Positions 59,476 to 64,000 of a stretch of DNA of 64,000 nucleotides are shown here, piece after piece. How positions within the stretch are numbered: position 1 is the first letter of the stretch; each line of letters starts with the position of its first letter. Origin of the DNA: Lama glama (lineage: Eukaryota); assembly GCA_028534125.1 (NCBI GenBank), contig CM052837.1, forward strand, positions 20,956,001 through 21,020,000, written 5' to 3'. The notes beneath the pieces were generated by a model. That model was not told the origin of the DNA and did no database searches. It worked only from the letters and a program-made list of their open reading frames with translations. The position numbers and the translations under genes are program-made.

Positions 59476-60594
59476 TTCTCCTTTGAGAGCAAACTCTGGT
59501 GTGATATCCTTGGGTTCTTATCAGAGCTTCAGAGCTGCTATCAGTTAGCTGAGTAGTCTCAAAAAAAAAATCCCTTTTATTAATTCTACAGCCTCTGTTT
59601 CCCCCACTGAAAATGACCAGCAGTCCCTAGGATTCCTCTCTAACAGACTGCTCTATTTTCGAAGCTCTTGAAGGAAGATTTTGTTTTGCTGGTATTTGTG
59701 CCTCTCCCTTCTCAACTTACCTGTCACTCCCATGGTTTAAATTCTCCCCTTGCTTCAGAAGTAAAAAGGAAATTGTCCTTTTCTAAACGGTGGGACAGTT
59801 CCTGCCCATGACTACAGACTGTAACTGTGACCCCTTCTGGGCCTCTGAGTCATGTCCCTTCTTATTAAGAAAAGAGGGATTCCTCTTGGCTTCACAGCAG
59901 TTTCTTTTATGACTGTCTCCTCCCATCAGCGAGGGGCAGCTCACCACCTGTCTGTCAGGGGCAGATTAGAAATGGCATCCACAGGCTCATTTGGAGGCTT
60001 GCGACTTGCCTGCAGAGAGAGATGGAGGCACCTGAAAGGTAGCGATTTAGTAGTGCTCCAGAAGACAGATTAACATTTAAAGTGAGGATGTGGCTGGGGG
60101 AGGGGCTGAACACACACAGCCCTGCAGAAATGGCACCTTGATGCCACACGTGCTACCTCCTTGTGTATCTTTGGAGATGGATCTGTTTATTTTAGCAGCC
60201 CCCAAACAGGCCCGTGCTGCTGTGAATTGCAATCTGTTCCACTTAATGCGCTGTTCACTGAATTACCATCTAGGTTTTTATTCTAGCCCTCTCTTATGGA
60301 ATGAACAAAATAAAACTCTTCAGAGTGTCTTTTTTTTTTTTTAAACTCTCCCAAATCGCCTGTGGAGTTTGCTGGTCTAGCTATCGATTCTCTTCCTTCC
60401 TCTTTCTTAAGTTTCTTCGTTTTATAAAGAAAAGACAGACCTGGAAGCTAGATGACCTTACATTTAATGCTGCTAGTTTACAGTAGTTCCCAGAAATAGC
60501 ATAAAGAAAAAATCCCATCTATTCGCTCATATGCTAATACCAGAAAAGGTCTATAAAGCAAAGATTTTTTTCTACTTTGAACTGTGGAAGTGAT

Positions 60595-60812
60595 CACAGA
60601 CTTGGAGCCAGATCTGCGTGGATTTTTATCCTGTCTCCAACACTTACTCGACTATGAGCTTTGTTACCTTAGCAGAGGTTTCCCCTCTGTAAGCCTCAGT
60701 TTCTATTTTGAAAGTGGAAATAGTAATGGTTCTTATCTCTTGGGGTTTAGGGGAAAATGACAAATCCATCAAAGTGCTTAGCAGAATGCCTGGCACACAG
60801 TGAGGACCCAGG
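60595..60812 (+). mobile_element. MIR SINE
   Basis: ttggagccagatctg...gcctcagtttc...aaagtgcttagcagaatgcctggcacacagtgag. Confidence 0.78.
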
Positions 60813-62409
60813 AAATTTTGCTGTTGTTTTTATTCCATTTTTGCCACCCATCTCTTGTTAAAGCGAAAGAACTGACAGAAAAAGGGTCTTGGACTAGGAA
60901 ATCATATTCTACTCAAGTCTCTATCCAAAATTCAGTGACATCTGTCTCAATTTTTCCATCTGTGAAATCTGAAAATGATACTGCTGTACATACTCAACCC
61001 AGGGCATGTACAGCAAGTGAGGTTAGTGCAGATCCTCTGCTCTGAACTGGAAAAAGTGCTGTATGTGGATGTTGAGTTGTCATTGCTTCACAAAGAGACA
61101 GTCACCTTCACTCTTCTTAAAGGCGAATTCATTGGTGGGACACATCCTTTAAATCTTAACCCTCATGTCTTATTTCAAATGCAATTCAATGTATACATAG
61201 ATTTTTACTTCGAAATTTTGTAGCGTACAGTATCTTTACAATACTCAAGAGGTTACTCAAGTTTTTTGGAATTTCTCCTTAATCAAATTAATCATATTCC
61301 CATTTTAAGAGTCATTACAGTGGATTAGAGGTGGCACTCATGAACCCTATTTCCCTTCCTTTATCCAGCTCAGGCTTCTTATTTCCAAGCAAAGAAGCTG
61401 AGGCCAAGAAAAGTTAAATGACTTGCCGGCAGACACTAGTAAGTTAGCATTAGAGCTGGGATCTTACCTCATTTGCTTCGTTCTTTCAGATTTCTGGTTC
61501 TTCTTCCTCACACAGGGATATCCAGAGAACCATATCCCATCCTTATCTCAAGATCAAAATTTTATCTGGTGTCTTAGAAACCCAGAAAAGGAGCCAAACA
61601 TGCATTAATCCATTTAAAAGAAGTTTATACTCTGTTTAGTAAGACAGGTGGTTAATAAAAGTGACGTCCTACCTCTTTTTAAAACAGACCAAAACTTGAG
61701 AAGATGTGCCTAAAGGAACTGTACTCAAACTTCCTTATTTTCCATCAGAATAAAAATCACCCTGCTTCTCTTATTTCCCTTTCAACATGGAGTATACCTT
61801 TGTGCTCGACTTCCCTGAATGCGCTCAGCAGTAAATATTCCATGCCACAGAGTTGTAACAGGCTAGATAAGGTGCTATCCTGACAGCAGTCACCTTCTCT
61901 GCATCCTGGTTTCTATGATGCTTCTAAAACTGTCAGGGCAGAAACTTCATCTTAGCAGCCAATCTCTGTTTCATCTTTGTGCATGTTCAATGCAGTGATG
62001 GTGATGCCTTTCTTGGAGATGAGCTATAGTCATATCTCAGATCTACATTTGAAAATTTCACTTTCAAATCATGTGGCCGTGTGTCTAAAAGTAGAATGTC
62101 GAATTGAATGTTGTCAGAATCTTGAAGTTCTGAGGAAAGAATTAAAAATAGAGTTTGGCAATGCTCTCTTGGGTCTGGTCTTCCTACATGACAATATTTA
62201 GAGAAACTGGAAGGTGCAGTGTGTTTGGTTAAAAGGAGATCATATTGTGGAAAGAGTGCAGAAAAGGGAGGATCACCAGGAGCACTTCTGACCTAAGCGG
62301 AAAAAGTTAATTTTGCTAAACTCCATTCTTAAGTGTTTCTACCACTCTTACTATCTTCCTTTGTTCTTCAGACAGCTCTGAAATCTGTACCCACACTAAC
62401 ACTGTAATA

Positions 62410-62612
62410 TGAAAAGAGCAGACTTGGATTTAAATCTCAGTTCTGCTACCCACTAGCCTTGGGGAGGTTGCTCTGCCTGAGTCAGTTTCCTCCTCTGAAA
62501 TGGGGGTAATAACCCCTACTTTGCAATATTTATGAGACGTAAAGGAGTCAGTTTAGGGAAAGCACTTGCCACTGTACCTGACACATAATAAGCCCTCAGT
62601 CAACGTTAGCTG
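62410..62612 (+). mobile_element. MIR SINE
   Basis: cagacttggatttaaatctcagttctgctac...cagtttcctcctctgaaatgggg...cctgacacataataagccctcagt. Confidence 0.78.
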
Positions 62613-62759
62613 CTCCTCCGAGCTGGATAGATGGTGGTAGCAATGGTTCTTATTCAGACTGCCTCACACAATGCCTAGTATGTAGTAATCCATCAAACAC
62701 TATGAGCTGCCAATAGCTAGGATCTAAGAAGCAAAGAAATAGTCCCTTCTTTCTGTCCT

Positions 62760-63178
62760 CTCTCTCTCGGTGACAGTGATGTGCGCTCTTGTTCTCTCCC
62801 ACCCGGGCCAAGGCGACTGTTCTGTGCTTTTACCTGTGCTGCTCTTCCCTCTGCTTAGAATGTTCCTTCCAGCTTGTCAGGCTCCTTCAGAATCCAGCTC
62901 AGATGTTGTATTTCCCTTGAACTCTCCTGACTCCCCAAAACAGACTCAGTCTGTCCTTCTTCTGGAGGCCCATGGCACTCAGTATGAGAGGTCCTTCATA
63001 ATAGCCATTGCTACATTAAAGTGAAATTTGTTTGTTCATATTTATTAACCTTATTAGACTTAAATGTCCTTGATTATGTAGACTGTCCTGTTTCTCTTTA
63101 CTACCCCCAGCACATCATATAACACCTGGCTCATAGTTAGATGTTCAGGAAATCTTCACCAGGTGCGTGAATGAATGT
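62760..63178 (+). mobile_element. L2 3' fragment
   Basis: gctcttccctctgcttagaatgttcc...cctggctcatagttagatgttcagg...tgaatgaatg. Confidence 0.68.
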
Positions 63179-63559
63179 GTTTCACTCCAAGTTCCCATGT
63201 TTGCAAACCTCTAAGGCTTTCGTCTCTCCACCCCGCTCTTCTCCTGTCTTCCCCATCTGATCTGCTTCTCACAAAGGCTAATACTGTGGCCTCCTAGCTG
63301 TATACCCTGCCTACTTCTCAACACTTGAAGCCAGTGTGTCCATCGTACAGGTATTTGCATATTCTCATCATGACATTTTCCTGCACGGTGTAGTCTGCAG
63401 CCCCTCGTATCTCACTCCTCTGTTGAGCATTGAGGCCTCCCACCAGCTAGCCCTCCAAGGCACTGACTGAGCCTCCCCACCACAGCATATTAATAGTGCT
63501 GAACTTCTACCTGCATTTTTCCAATCCTGTTTCACAAATGCTTTTCAAGGGTCTACTAT

Positions 63560-64000
63560 GCAAAAAGTACCCTGCAAGGTGCTTTCTAGGGTACAAAGAT
63601 GAGTAAAACACAACTCTTTCAAAGAACCTACACAGGAAAGAGGCATACATCTGAATAACTCTTACAGAGCAGACCATGGAAGGTGCCATAAAAGAGGTAC
63701 AAATCCAAGGTTGGGGATTTTAAGGAATGAAAAAAATCATGTCAAGTTGGAAAACTCTGAGAAGTTTTTAAAGATCTCAGGAAAAGTTTTATAAGGAATA
63801 TCACATTTTAGACTTTATTATGATAGAGATTGAGTGTGGGGAGAGCACCAACATTACAAGCAAAGGTGAGAAGGCCAGAAAGGGAGGGCAGGCCTGTTTG
63901 TGCTGTGTGTATGAGGGGTGGTGGAGGGGAGGGTGTTGAGCAGAAAGTATGCAGGGCATAAGGCCTCAGACCACAGGAATGCCTTCATTCTTAAGGCATT
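63560..64000 (-). mobile_element. L2 fragment running off the window end
   Basis: gtgctttctagggtacaaagatgagtaaaac, gtgccataaaagaggtaca, gcaaaggtgagaaggcc. Confidence 0.55.

Larger units (their letters stand above)
1..64000 (+). other. CTNNBL1: Internal portion of the CTNNBL1 gene (intron 7 through intron 13); start and stop codons lie outside the window
   Basis: Five + strand exons translate in order to the CTNNBL1 ARM-repeat region; the rest is intron-like repeat-rich sequence. Confidence 0.97.

Overview
Mammalian genomic DNA (intron-dominated, CpG-depleted, rich in MIR/L2/L1M repeats) lying entirely within the CTNNBL1 gene (beta-catenin-like protein 1, an ARM-repeat subunit of the PRP19/CDC5L spliceosomal complex and an AID partner) on the + strand. 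Five internal coding exons are readable with canonical AG/GT ends: 2727-2799, 3036-3094, 4393-4541, 21203-21384 and 53524-53604 (exons 8-11 and 13 by human numbering, recalled rather than looked up). Exon phases require a sixth exon of length 3n+2 (human exon 12). It is not in the called bases and very probably lies in the N-run at 50901-51032. tRNA-Ala-derived SINEs and young L1 3' ends point to a camelid genome. I cannot demonstrate a new biological system here. The best leads are: the hidden exon; a frameshifted orthologue of the human isoform-2 alternative first exon (1909-2096); a perfect 27-bp fold-back hairpin (46548-46670); a TSD-flanked, retroposed-looking insert (52084-52523); an inverted pair of young L1 tails; a possible intronic polyadenylation/NMD switch after exon 10; and several enhancer-like unique segments. 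Repeat boundaries and family names are by eye and approximate.
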